Notes: a model not told the origin generated them from the letters alone. 64,000 bases of DNA from an uncultured Acidobacteriota bacterium (GCA_963844645.1 CAWJPC010000001.1:494843-558842), one strand, 5' to 3'. Numbered from the stretch's first letter, positions 38,401-48,050 are shown. Program-made: numbers and translations.

Positions 38401-39907
38401 TTACTATACGACCGACGGCACAATGCCGTCTCCTGGCGCCGGTACGACACTGGCCTACAACGCGCCATTTACGATCACCAGCACGAGCAGCGTTAGCGCG
38501 ATTGCGACTGCGCCGAACTACTCAACCAGCGCGATGGCGACGGTGGTGTACACGCAGCAGGCTGTCGCGACTCCAACGATCAGCCCTGCGCCTGGAACTT
38601 ACACGAGCAGTGTTCCCGTAACCATTTCCGACGCGACGCCCGGCGCGACGATCTATTACACGACGGACGGTTCCACGCCAATTCAAGGCGCTGGCACGAC
38701 GCAGTCGTATCCGGCGGGCGGATTCTCGCTGGGCGCGTCGGCCACAGTCCGTGCGATTGCGATGGAAGCTGGTTACGCCACGAGCGCGGGCGCGAGTGCA
38801 ACGTACACCGTGCAGACGTCAAGCGGTGGCCTCTCGGCGTACAGCAGCGGCTTCACATCGACGAGCGGCCTGCAATTGAACGGAAGTGCTTCGTGGTTGC
38901 AGTCCGCGAACGCCATCGCGCTCACAACCAACACGAATCAGGCCGGCTCGTTCTTCGCCACCACGCCGGTGAACGTGCAGAGCTTCACAAACACTTTCTC
39001 CTTCCAACTTCCAGCGCCGCTGTCCGATGGAATTGTGTTCGTGATTCAGGGCAACGCCACGACGGGCGTGGGCGGCACGGGCGGAGCGCTCGGTTATTCG
39101 GTGAACACGAGCCAGACCGCGCCATTTTCAAAGAGCGTGGCGATCAAGTTCGACCTCTATAACAACAGCGGTGAGGGGACCGATTCGACGGGCCTTTATG
39201 TCAACGGCGCACCCCCCACCGTTCCCTCAGTCGATATGACCTCGTCAGGCCTGAGCCTGTCGAGCGGCCATGTGATGAACGTGACGATGACGTACGACGG
39301 CGTGTGGCTCGCGCTAACCATCACCGACGCGACAACGGGCCAATCGTTCTACGACCAATTCCAGGTGAATATTCCGACCGCTCTGGGCGGCACGATGGCG
39401 TATGTGGGATTTACGGGTGGCACGGGCGGCGAAGTGTCGGCGCAAAAAATACTGAAGTGGAATTTTGCGTCCGGCACGCCGACGATGAAGGATGCCACGC
39501 AGTTCGTTGCGGCAAACCTGATGTCGTCGAGCAAGAGCTCCGGCCCGTCCTACCAGATTGTTGCGTGGAACGAGTTCGTCACCGGCAACGGCACGTGCCT
39601 GTACGCGACCAAGCCCGGCGACAATGTGACGATCAACGTCAGCGTGCCCACAGCGGGTACCTACGACGTGCGCTTCTCGACCAAAAAGCACAACCAGCGC
39701 GGAATCGGCCAACTGTCGATCGATGGTGTGAACGTTGGCTCGCCGATGGATCAATATTCCGCGGCCGACGTGTGGTACGAAACCGACCTCGGCAACGTGA
39801 CACTCACAGCGGGAAGCCACGTAATCAAGCTCGCAGTAACGGGCGAGAACGCCGCAAGCACCGGCTACTATCTCGCGATCGATACGATCAAGCTGCTGCC
39901 ACAGTAG
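35459..39907 (+). CDS. giant secreted multidomain protein: PQQ-like beta-propeller, then twice (two chitobiase/hexosaminidase-C-like domains plus one L-type-lectin-like domain), then a C-terminal CBM-like domain
   Basis: ATG 35459 follows GGAGA; signal peptide. The propeller spans roughly 35597-37144 (HHYDVGRTGQN, VYVATENDSVYAFDADTG). Four IYYTTDG/IYYTTNG domains. Two lectin-like domains with GG(N/A)LGY and AIKFD(I/L)Y(S/N)NSGEGTDSTG. C-terminal beta-sandwich-like domain at 39482-39904. Confidence 0.85.
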   Translation: MSVLTPVKVFLKFASQRFRTIARRASVVTAVALFALFLPELTTAQVPVTTHHYDVGRTGQNTAETLLTPANVNSTLFGRLFTEPVDALIYAQPLYMPAVAIPNQGTHNVVYVATENDSVYAFDADTGGPALWHVSFLINGATVVQDSVINATDVYPSVGITGTPVIDPSTNTLYVVSETYENSACVHRLHALDITTGAEKFNGPVVIAASVPGTGEGSSNGTMAFNSLYENQRPGLLLLNGYVYIGFAANGDNGYWHGWILSYNAATLQLAGAFNSSPNGIGSGFWASGNGLAADTLNGGRLFVATGNGDYPVPGNVVPSPAPAPSTSVDYGDSMIQLSLNNGVMTPTDYFTPYNTASLDAADTDLGSGGVLVLPNQTGTYPHELLEAGKQGRIYVVNRDQFTNNNSHYCAGCTTDSEIVQTVNGIGGLWSMPAYWNGNIYLWGSGDNLKAYTFTNGALSASPTSQSAESSQFPGSTPVVSSNGTANGIVWAVESDTYVTGPAVLRAYNALNVSQLLYASNLTNGRDSLGEAVKFSVPVVTNGKVYVGTRTELDVFGLFGSSPTAAAPTFNPAPNSYATSQTVTLGDSTPGASIYYTTDGSTATTSSKKYTTGISVNASTTINAIAVATGYLNSSVATGVYTIGSQAAPPSFTPGGGTYTSNQSVTITDASPTPTIYYTTNGTTPTHSSAVYSGAISVTATTTITAIASSPGMVDSTPASATYTISAGSGAAINYSQGFANDAGLQLNGSADLDDSRLQLTNGGLNEASSAFYTAPIDIRNFTTDFTIQISDAIADGMTFTIQNSAQGASAIGLSGGNLGYGGGGTTGIQKSIAIKFDIYSNSGEGTDSTGSYQNGASPVLPSIDMTSSGVLLLSGDGIAAHIVYNGTTLTMTLTDAIVNKTFTQSWTLNIPAIVGGNTAYVGFTGGSGGKSSSQKVETWTLTSTPPSSPAATTPTITPGTESFSGNLSVSMSDTTTGATIYYTTDGTMPSPGAGTTLAYNAPFTITSTSSVSAIATAPNYSTSAMATVVYTQQAVATPTISPAPGTYTSSVPVTISDATPGATIYYTTDGSTPIQGAGTTQSYPAGGFSLGASATVRAIAMEAGYATSAGASATYTVQTSSGGLSAYSSGFTSTSGLQLNGSASWLQSANAIALTTNTNQAGSFFATTPVNVQSFTNTFSFQLPAPLSDGIVFVIQGNATTGVGGTGGALGYSVNTSQTAPFSKSVAIKFDLYNNSGEGTDSTGLYVNGAPPTVPSVDMTSSGLSLSSGHVMNVTMTYDGVWLALTITDATTGQSFYDQFQVNIPTALGGTMAYVGFTGGTGGEVSAQKILKWNFASGTPTMKDATQFVAANLMSSSKSSGPSYQIVAWNEFVTGNGTCLYATKPGDNVTINVSVPTAGTYDVRFSTKKHNQRGIGQLSIDGVNVGSPMDQYSAADVWYETDLGNVTLTAGSHVIKLAVTGENAASTGYYLAIDTIKLLPQ

Positions 39908-39950
39908 TCAAAAGCGGTAGGACCGCCTTAACAAATAAATTCACAAGGCG

Positions 39951-39991
39951 CGCCCAGGTCGCATCAATGCGTCACCGGGCGACTTTTTTTT
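39951..39991 (+). terminator. intrinsic terminator of the giant gene
   Basis: Stem cgccc(a)gg / ccgggcg followed by eight T (39984-39991), 44 nt after the stop codon. Confidence 0.6.
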
Positions 39992-40027
39992 GCGTGTGAA
40001 TGGGGCTAATGAAGTGCGCAGCGAAGA

Positions 40028-40561
40028 TCAGCTCGGGCGGCGCAGCCGGTCCAGCATCGCGAACAAGAACACTCCGAACGCGGAAGTGACCACCGAGTCG
40101 AGCAGCAAGTTCAAGCTGAAGAAGTGCTCCGGCTGATTCAGCAGCACACGATGCGTGACCACCAGAATCGCCTGGTGGAAATGGAAAAAGATGAAGATCA
40201 GCCCGAAGCGCGCGAGCGGGTGCTCAGTGTCGATGCGCGCTCCGATGGAAGACGCGAGGTAACCGACGACGGTTCCCGCGATGCCGTACATGCCGATGGG
40301 ATTGTCGTGGCTCAGCGCATCCTGAAAAATTCCGATGGCGCCGCCAAGGAACAGGCCGGTCACCGGATTCCGCCGGCTCACGCCGAAATAAATCGTGACG
40401 AGCAGCGGAAGGTCAATCCACTCCGCCCAGCGGCCGTACTTGTGGAGCAGTGCCTGAAACACAAGCGCCAGCAGCGACACGCCGATAATCGTGCCACTGT
40501 AAAACTTGTGGACTTCGACATTCGGTTCGCCGCGTTCGCCGATCGTGAGCATCGATGCCAT
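40028..40561 (-). CDS. mreD: rod-shape-determining protein MreD
   Basis: Start at MASMLTIGERG (ATG 40559-40561), one base after the mreC stop. About 177 aa, polytopic. Confidence 0.8.
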   Translation of the reverse strand: MASMLTIGERGEPNVEVHKFYSGTIIGVSLLALVFQALLHKYGRWAEWIDLPLLVTIYFGVSRRNPVTGLFLGGAIGIFQDALSHDNPIGMYGIAGTVVGYLASSIGARIDTEHPLARFGLIFIFFHFHQAILVVTHRVLLNQPEHFFSLNLLLDSVVTSAFGVFLFAMLDRLRRPS

Positions 40562-40562
40562 A

Positions 40563-41609
40563 TTAACGGTTCGGAGCCGTCGCCGGTTTCGCGGCCGGTC
40601 CCTTCGACGCTTGCTGCTCCGCAGAAGCGTTAGGCGTAGCGCGTGACGGCGTGCTCGATGCCGGGCTCCCGCCCTGCGACGATTCAGGCACGCTCGCCTG
40701 AGCCGCTGCAGCAGCCGCAGCCGCGGCGTCGGCTTGAGCCTGCTTTTCTTTCTCTTCGGCGCCGGAAATATCGTCGCTCTTCTTCGCTTCGAAATCATGC
40801 TGCGAAAGCAAGACGATTACGTCTTCCAGGCGATCGAGCCGCGCCGCCGGCTTCACCGTGATGGTTTGAAACGTCGAGCCCGGCTTCGACGTTTCCACTC
40901 TTCCGATCAGCAAGTCCTTCGGAAAAATGCGATCCTCGCCCGATGTGACGACCAGCTCGCCCTCGGTGACTTTTTCTTCATTGGCCACGTACTCCATGTG
41001 CGGATCCGGTTCGCCACTGCCTCGCACCACGCCGTGCGTCCGCGTGGTGGAAAAAAGCGCGCCAACGCCGCTGTTCGGGTCGTTGATGAGCTGCACTTCT
41101 GCTGAGCGCGGGAAAACTTCCACAACCTTGCCGATCACGCCTTCAGGAGTGATCACCGCCTGATTCATCCGCACGCGGTCTTTTTCGCCGCGATTGATAA
41201 ACAGCGTGTGCGAGTAGGGGTCGGAGCTCAAGCCGATCACTTCCGCCGCGAGCATCTGCGTTTCGGTGTGCGCGTCGCGAAAATTCAGCAGGCTCGCGAG
41301 GCGCTGCGCCTCGGCGTTCTGGCTCTCGAGCTCTTGATTGCGAAGCTGCAATCGCTGCATTTCGGCGCGCATGCTTTCGTTTTCGGTACGCGCGTTGCGC
41401 AGACCCACGTAGCCCTTCCAGATGTTACCGAATCCGGAGGTCGCCCACGTACCGCCGCGTTCGAGTGGCGTTACCACGGCCGCAGCCCAATAGCGGATCA
41501 GCGGAACGCTATGATCAGTCTTGATCTGAAAGGCGAGCAGCAGCACCTGCGCCAACACAACGATAGCGAGGAGCATCATGGGGCGCAGACGTGAGATCGA
41601 GTCGATCAT
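40563..41609 (-). CDS. mreC: rod-shape-determining protein MreC with a long Ala/Pro/Ser-rich C-terminal tail
   Basis: N-terminal TM, coiled coil (ENESMRAEMQRLQLRNQELESQNAEAQRL) and beta domains (VITPEGVIGKV). About 75 aa of low-complexity tail. Confidence 0.88.
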   Translation of the reverse strand: MIDSISRLRPMMLLAIVVLAQVLLLAFQIKTDHSVPLIRYWAAAVVTPLERGGTWATSGFGNIWKGYVGLRNARTENESMRAEMQRLQLRNQELESQNAEAQRLASLLNFRDAHTETQMLAAEVIGLSSDPYSHTLFINRGEKDRVRMNQAVITPEGVIGKVVEVFPRSAEVQLINDPNSGVGALFSTTRTHGVVRGSGEPDPHMEYVANEEKVTEGELVVTSGEDRIFPKDLLIGRVETSKPGSTFQTITVKPAARLDRLEDVIVLLSQHDFEAKKSDDISGAEEKEKQAQADAAAAAAAAAQASVPESSQGGSPASSTPSRATPNASAEQQASKGPAAKPATAPNR

Positions 41610-41675
41610 CGTTCCATTGCGAAACCTTCACCGAAGTTGTTCGTTCATCGCGCCGCGATGCCCGCGCGATTTTAA

Positions 41676-42722
<1,047 letters not shown>

Positions 42723-42799
42723 CTACCCCCAAGTTCCCCTCGGTCGCCGCCGCGGCGAGTCCGGAATTTCGTGTGTGCTTTTCAAGAATCGCAAAACCG

Positions 42800-44077
42800 C
42801 TACGGAATTACCACCTGCACGCGCTTGGTCGCCGTTCCACCACGGCGATTCTGCCCCGTGATTACGATCTCGTGGCTGCCTTTGGTCATGGCCGGCAAAA
42901 AGTGCCGGAAGCTGCCGTCGGACTGAATGCTCGCGACTTGCTCGCCGTTGATGATCAACGCCGCACCGGGTTCCGTCTTTCCGATCACTTCGACTACGTT
43001 GCCGTTCAGTTCGGTGCTGTCCACCTCGAGCAGCATCTCCTGCTCTTTGCCCTGTACCACCAAGGTGAGTTTGAACGAGTCGCTGAAGTCGCTGGTCTTG
43101 TTGTCCGCGTCGATCGCCCGCACCCGCCAGAAATAATCGCCCGGTTCGAGGCCCGTCACGTCGACGCTCTCGGTCGAGACTCTCCGGCTGGTAATCACGT
43201 GGTTGAACATCGCGGTGCTACTGGTCTGAAATTCGTAGAGTTTCGCCGTCGGGACGGGCTTCCATTCGAAGTGCACGGGATCTTTTTTCGGATCGGCTAC
43301 CGTGATTGGCTGTAGGTTCAAAGGTACGGTGAGTTCGGGAGGCGCAAGCACCTGCGACTTGGTGATGGGGCCGCCGGTCGGAAACGTCACGCGCTCGAAC
43401 TGTCCAATGTCGAGGTGTTCGTTGCCGCGTTGCAGTTCGGCGCTGCCGGACGACATCGTCAATTCCTGATGTTTCGTGTTGGGGTCGCTGGTCACGGCCG
43501 CGCGGCTGTTGGAGCGCAGCGAAGCCACCGCATTTTCGAAAGAAACTTCCGCTTTCGAATTGGGATCTTCCCACGCGCCGGTCGCGAGATCGACTTCACC
43601 CGAATTAATGTGAACGGCAACCGTGGAAGCTTGATTCTGTTCGACGTTGTTTTCCTCAACGGTGACGAGCGTGTCGCCCTTCACGGTGTACGTCGTTCCG
43701 TCGGCGAATGCGATTCGTGCCACGCCTTCGCTGCCCGTCTGAATCAGGTCGCCCTTATCAAGTGTGAGCGTGTAGTCCGCGTTTTCCCACGTCACGGAAT
43801 TCACTTTCTTGATTTGGACTTTTCCGTCCAGGTTCACGAACCGTGCTTGCCTCGCGTTGATCGTTGCCACAGCCGCGTCGTGCGAATTCATCGAGTCGGT
43901 CACGCGCTTCACCAGACTCGCGGAGGTCTCGGGGAACACCAGGTAGGACGCAGCAACGATTATCGCTACGATCAAAATTCCGTAAATCGCCACAGTCTTA
44001 TAGGTGACCGTGTGCCAATACACCTCGACACGCGTGATCTTGGGCTTCTGCGACGTGGTGGTCTTCGAGTCCGACAT
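42800..44077 (-). CDS. FecR-domain membrane protein with Ig/FN3-like C-terminal domains
   Basis: One TM (VAIYGILIVAIIVAASYLVF). FecR-like segment GKVQIKKVNSVTWENADYTLTLDKGDLIQTGSEGVARIAFADGTTYTV. C-terminal beta-sandwich-like repeats. 83 nt upstream of mreB on the same strand. Confidence 0.65.
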   Translation of the reverse strand: MSDSKTTTSQKPKITRVEVYWHTVTYKTVAIYGILIVAIIVAASYLVFPETSASLVKRVTDSMNSHDAAVATINARQARFVNLDGKVQIKKVNSVTWENADYTLTLDKGDLIQTGSEGVARIAFADGTTYTVKGDTLVTVEENNVEQNQASTVAVHINSGEVDLATGAWEDPNSKAEVSFENAVASLRSNSRAAVTSDPNTKHQELTMSSGSAELQRGNEHLDIGQFERVTFPTGGPITKSQVLAPPELTVPLNLQPITVADPKKDPVHFEWKPVPTAKLYEFQTSSTAMFNHVITSRRVSTESVDVTGLEPGDYFWRVRAIDADNKTSDFSDSFKLTLVVQGKEQEMLLEVDSTELNGNVVEVIGKTEPGAALIINGEQVASIQSDGSFRHFLPAMTKGSHEIVITGQNRRGGTATKRVQVVIP

Positions 44078-44338
44078 AAAATTTAGGGCTAATTCAAAAA
44101 TCTAGCACACGGATTTGGACCAAACAAATTTGCCTCCGAACAGTTGTCTAACTGCTACCCCCTGTGATTCCAATTAGTTAACCGGCCCCGAGCGGGCCTA
44201 GTCCCATGGGTACTAGTCGAAGTGGACGGTCCCAAAATTCGAGCCATTTTGGTGGTTGATTCCGCAGTTCAGCTTGCGCAGACTGGAGGTCCTTGACCGC
44301 CCGTTTGGCGGTCCTCGCCTGCCAGCAAGGAGTGAGCA

Positions 44339-45553
44339 ATGAGCCACACGGTTGGTGAACTCCTTCCCCCCACAAGAATCATGATGACGCCAGGCCCGTC
44401 GAACGTGGACCCGCGCGTCTATCGAGCCATGGCCACGCCGCTCGTTGGCCACATGGACCCCTGGTTCACGGAAATGATGGGCGACGTGCCCGTCCTGCTG
44501 CGCGACGTCTTCCAGACGCAGAACAAGATCACCTATCCGATTTCGGCGTCGGGCTCGGGCGGCATCGAAGCGTCGGTGGTCAACACGCTCGAACCGGGCG
44601 ATGAATGCATCGTGTGCGTGAATGGCTGGTTCTCCGAGCGCATGGCGGTGATCGCAGAGCGCACCTCGGCCAAAGTGATTCGCGTGGAGGCGCCATATGG
44701 ACGCACCGTCGATCCCGACGATGTGCGCCGCGCAGGAAAAGGCCGAAAGATCAAATTCGTCGGGCTCGCGCACGGCGAAACGTCGAGTGGCGTGATTCAG
44801 AAACTTTCGAATTACAGGCAGGTAGCAGACGAACTCGGGGCGCTGATGATCGTCGACGCCGTCGCAACGCTCGCAGGCGTGCCGCTTCACGTTGACAAAG
44901 ACCGCATCGACATCTGCTTCAGCGGCTCGCAGAAAGCGCTGAGCGCGCCGCCAGGAATGGCGCCCATCACCATCAATTCGCGCGTGGAAGAAATGGTGCG
45001 CGCGCGTAAAACGCCCGTTTCGAGCTGGTATTTCGATTTCACGCCGATCATGTCGATGTGGGGCGGGGAACGCACCTACCACCACACGCCGCCGATTTCG
45101 TTGATCTTCGGAATGCGCGAAGCGCTGCGTCTCGTACAAGAAGAAGGTCTCGAAGCGCGATGGGCGCGGCATGCGCAGAATCAGCAAGCGCTTATCGCCG
45201 GACTCGAGGCCATGGGCATGGAACTCTACGTAGCGAACCCCGCCGAGCGGCTCGTTACCGTCACCAGCGTCACGATTCCCGAGGGAGTCGAAGACCGTAA
45301 AGTTCGTCAGCAATTGCTCGATGAATTTGGAATCGAGATTGCCGGCGGCTTCGGACCGGGCAAAGGCAAAGTCTGGCGCGTCGGTTTGATGGGCTATTCG
45401 AGCCAGAACAAGAACGTGCTACTGTTCCTTGCCGCGCTGGAAAAGGTGCTCGGCGATCAGGGGCACCGCGTTCCCGCCGGCGCTGGAGTTGCGGCGGCGA
45501 TTCAGAGTTACCAGAGCGCGAGTCAACCCGTCGCTGCCGGCGCGCACAAATAG
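44339..45553 (+). CDS. class V aminotransferase (alanine-glyoxylate / serine-pyruvate aminotransferase-like)
   Basis: 404 aa. PLP-lysine context FSGSQKALSAPPG. RBS AAGGAG upstream. Confidence 0.85.
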   Translation: MSHTVGELLPPTRIMMTPGPSNVDPRVYRAMATPLVGHMDPWFTEMMGDVPVLLRDVFQTQNKITYPISASGSGGIEASVVNTLEPGDECIVCVNGWFSERMAVIAERTSAKVIRVEAPYGRTVDPDDVRRAGKGRKIKFVGLAHGETSSGVIQKLSNYRQVADELGALMIVDAVATLAGVPLHVDKDRIDICFSGSQKALSAPPGMAPITINSRVEEMVRARKTPVSSWYFDFTPIMSMWGGERTYHHTPPISLIFGMREALRLVQEEGLEARWARHAQNQQALIAGLEAMGMELYVANPAERLVTVTSVTIPEGVEDRKVRQQLLDEFGIEIAGGFGPGKGKVWRVGLMGYSSQNKNVLLFLAALEKVLGDQGHRVPAGAGVAAAIQSYQSASQPVAAGAHK

Positions 45554-45607
45554 ACGCGACAGCTCCGGGTTCGCTAGTGAGCGCGCTGAACCGACCAGAG
45601 GAGATTC

Positions 45608-45991
45608 ATGGCATCCAAGGTGATTTTTCCCACGATTCCGAATGCGGGCGCGATGAGCGAATTCATCGGCGCATTCGACGTCCCCTCGAAGGTAACCGAC
45701 TTCGTCTACCGCTGCCGCTTCTCGCACTGCTGGAATGGGATCGCCACGCGCCACAGCGACACCATGGATTGCAAATTCTTCGTTGACGGGAAAGGTGTGA
45801 TCCTAGGCCTGGCGCATCCCGCGTTCATCGATTTTCACGCGCGCGCTGGACGCGGCCTCACGGACCGCGAGGCGAGCTACATCGGCGCCGAGTATCTTCG
45901 CGAGCGTCTCGAACAGGAAGACGAACATCAGCTCTACGATGTTTCCGCCGCCGACGTCACTCGCATCATTTCTAAGATCGGAATTAAGTAA
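45608..45991 (+). CDS. hypothetical protein
   Basis: 127-aa ORF with RBS GAGGAG and coding-like codon bias. No recognised family. Confidence 0.5.
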   Translation: MASKVIFPTIPNAGAMSEFIGAFDVPSKVTDFVYRCRFSHCWNGIATRHSDTMDCKFFVDGKGVILGLAHPAFIDFHARAGRGLTDREASYIGAEYLRERLEQEDEHQLYDVSAADVTRIISKIGIK

Positions 45992-46003
45992 GCGTCGCTC
46001 GCT

Positions 46004-46495
46004 TCACAAGCCTGCTTTCGACGTCGACCCTGATTTCTTGGACATCGACCGCACGTAAAGCACCAAGCCCCAAATCTCGGGCTGCTTCACGCGATCGCCT
46101 TCGCCGGTCATCTGTCCCTTTCCTTTTTCGATAATCCAGTAAAGCTCGCCGTCGGTCATGTTCTTCAGCGCGTCGGGGTCGCGATAGTCGAGCAGCTTTA
46201 GTTTCATGTCGCCCGCAAGGTCGCCATTGCCGCTACCGTCGGCTCCGTGACACATCGCGCAGTCGATGCCCCAGGTTTTTTTCGCGGCAGCGAGCACCGC
46301 GGGTGTCGGCTTCACGGGATTGGGTTTCTGCGCGGCTTCGGGCGGGATAGTCAACTCTGCGGTCGGCTGCGGCGGCTCAGTCTTGCCGTCAGAATGGGCG
46401 GCCGGCGGATTCTGTTGCGCGAAAACAGGAACGGCGGCGAGAAAAACTAGCGCGACAAGACGGACGGATAGACGCATTGGGTCCTCCGGTTTCAA
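46004..46495 (-). CDS. c-type cytochrome (monohaem) with signal peptide
   Basis: Haem-binding motif CAMCHG. Signal LVALVFLAAVPVFAQQ. Confidence 0.8.
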   Translation of the reverse strand: MKPEDPMRLSVRLVALVFLAAVPVFAQQNPPAAHSDGKTEPPQPTAELTIPPEAAQKPNPVKPTPAVLAAAKKTWGIDCAMCHGADGSGNGDLAGDMKLKLLDYRDPDALKNMTDGELYWIIEKGKGQMTGEGDRVKQPEIWGLVLYVRSMSKKSGSTSKAGL

Positions 46496-46587
46496 ATACG
46501 CGGATTCCGCCGCATTCTACTCCCTAACGCGCGCGGCCGCGCAAGAGTGTTTCTGCGAAGTAACAACGAAGCGGTGCGAACGATACC

Positions 46588-46755
46588 TTAGGCGTCGGAG
46601 AGCGATTCGCCCGAATTTTCGCCTGCGGGTAACTCGCCTACTTCGAGGATCTCGCCGCAGTCGAGGCACTCGACGTACTGCGCATCGTTATCCTTGGCGA
46701 TCACTTGCGTGCGCTTGTGCGGACAGGGCGGTTTCGGTGGGCTAGTGTCGGACAT
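46588..46755 (-). CDS. small (55 aa) putative zinc-ribbon protein, below the ORF-track cutoff
   Basis: MSDTSPPKPPCPHKRTQVIAKDNDAQYVECLDCGEILEVGELPAGENSGESLSDA*. CPH...CLDC ligand pattern. Strong third-position GC. Confidence 0.45.
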   Translation of the reverse strand: MSDTSPPKPPCPHKRTQVIAKDNDAQYVECLDCGEILEVGELPAGENSGESLSDA

Positions 46756-46893
46756 CGTCAACGCTCACGCAACCGACGGCATGCATGCCGTCGAATCCGG
46801 CGCCGAGTATATCACTCGCCGCCCAGCCCGTTTGTGCTGCGGCATCCGACCGTATATGGTTGACAAACGGGGAGTAAGCCTCTATCTGTCAAT

Positions 46894-48003
46894 GTGGGGT
46901 TTCGCCGGAACGTGAGCGTATTGCCTAACGACAAGACAACCCAGCAACGGCTCGGCACGGTGCTTTTCTACGGCATCGTGATCGTCATCGCCTACCTGAC
47001 ATTCTTGGTCTTCCAACCGTTTCTCGCCCCACTCGCGTGGGCAGTAGTGATCGTCGTGATCATGCACCCCTACTACGACCGCCTTGCCGTGAAGACAACT
47101 CCCACCGTCGCCGCGTTGCTGATGACCGTTATCGTGACGCTGATCCTGATCGTGCCAACGGTGCTGGTGATGACGGCCTTCGTGAAACAAGGCGTGCAAG
47201 CCATCAGCCACGTACAGTCGCAGGTGCAGAGCGGCCATTTCGACTGGGTCAACCGGCTCTGGCTCAAATTGCAGGATCGATTGCCCGAAGGCAATCAGAC
47301 CGACCTTGCCACGCTGGTCAGCAAATATTTCGACGCGGCGGCCGCATTCGGCGCGACGCGCTTCGGCGCAATTCTGCGCAACACGGCGTCGTTCCTGTTT
47401 CATCTTTCTGTGATGATTCTCGCGATGTTCTATTTGTTTCGCGACGGCGAATCGATCGTCGCTCGCATGCGTCTCGTGCTTCCGTTTGAACGCGAGCACC
47501 GCGACAAAATGATCAGTGAAGCGCACGACCTGATTTTTGCGAGCGTCGTCTCGAGCGCCGTGGCCGCCGCTGCGCATGGCATTCTGGGCGGTATCGCGTT
47601 TGCGCTAACGGGGATTTCCGCGCCGGTTTTCTGGGGCGTGATGATGGGCTTCTTTTCGCTCGTGCCCGTCGTTGGCTCGGCGCTGATTTGGGTTCCAGCG
47701 GTGATCAGCCTCATGGTCCAGGGCCATCCGGTCGCGGGCATTATTCTCGCGATAATTTGCGGGGTGGTCGTGGGACTGGTCGACAATGTCCTTCGCCCCT
47801 GGGTGATCAGCGGCCGCGCTGAAATGGGTGGACTGGTCGTTTTCATTTCCGTGCTCGGCGGACTCGCGGTGTTCGGCATGCTGGGACTCGTGCTTGGGCC
47901 GATCATCGTCGCTACCGGTGCGAGCATTCTCGATCTCTACGCCGCCGGCGTGCGCCCCGGCGCCACCGTGCTGCCTAAACGCGGAACCACGCCTGCGCCC
48001 TGA
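46894..48003 (+). CDS. AI-2E family transporter (PerM/YhhT-like permease)
   Basis: 369 aa, about 8 TM helices, with sequence typical of the family (PFLAPLAWAVVI..., LRPWVISGRAEM). The start may be GTG 46912. Confidence 0.8.
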   Translation: MGFRRNVSVLPNDKTTQQRLGTVLFYGIVIVIAYLTFLVFQPFLAPLAWAVVIVVIMHPYYDRLAVKTTPTVAALLMTVIVTLILIVPTVLVMTAFVKQGVQAISHVQSQVQSGHFDWVNRLWLKLQDRLPEGNQTDLATLVSKYFDAAAAFGATRFGAILRNTASFLFHLSVMILAMFYLFRDGESIVARMRLVLPFEREHRDKMISEAHDLIFASVVSSAVAAAAHGILGGIAFALTGISAPVFWGVMMGFFSLVPVVGSALIWVPAVISLMVQGHPVAGIILAIICGVVVGLVDNVLRPWVISGRAEMGGLVVFISVLGGLAVFGMLGLVLGPIIVATGASILDLYAAGVRPGATVLPKRGTTPAP

Positions 48004-48050
48004 CCTCCGTGCTACAGTAGCCCGCGCCAAAACGAACGGAAGCGCATCCA

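Noticed and set aside
40562-40798. Arg-rich N-terminal extension of the mreD ORF (256-aa version)
   Set aside because: It overlaps the low-complexity tail of mreC in another frame. The ATG at 40559-40561 immediately after the mreC stop gives a normal-sized MreD.
44213-45313. 366-aa minus-strand ORF
   Set aside because: It is antisense to the class V aminotransferase gene, which has clear PLP-lysine context and an RBS. The shadow ORF has no family features.
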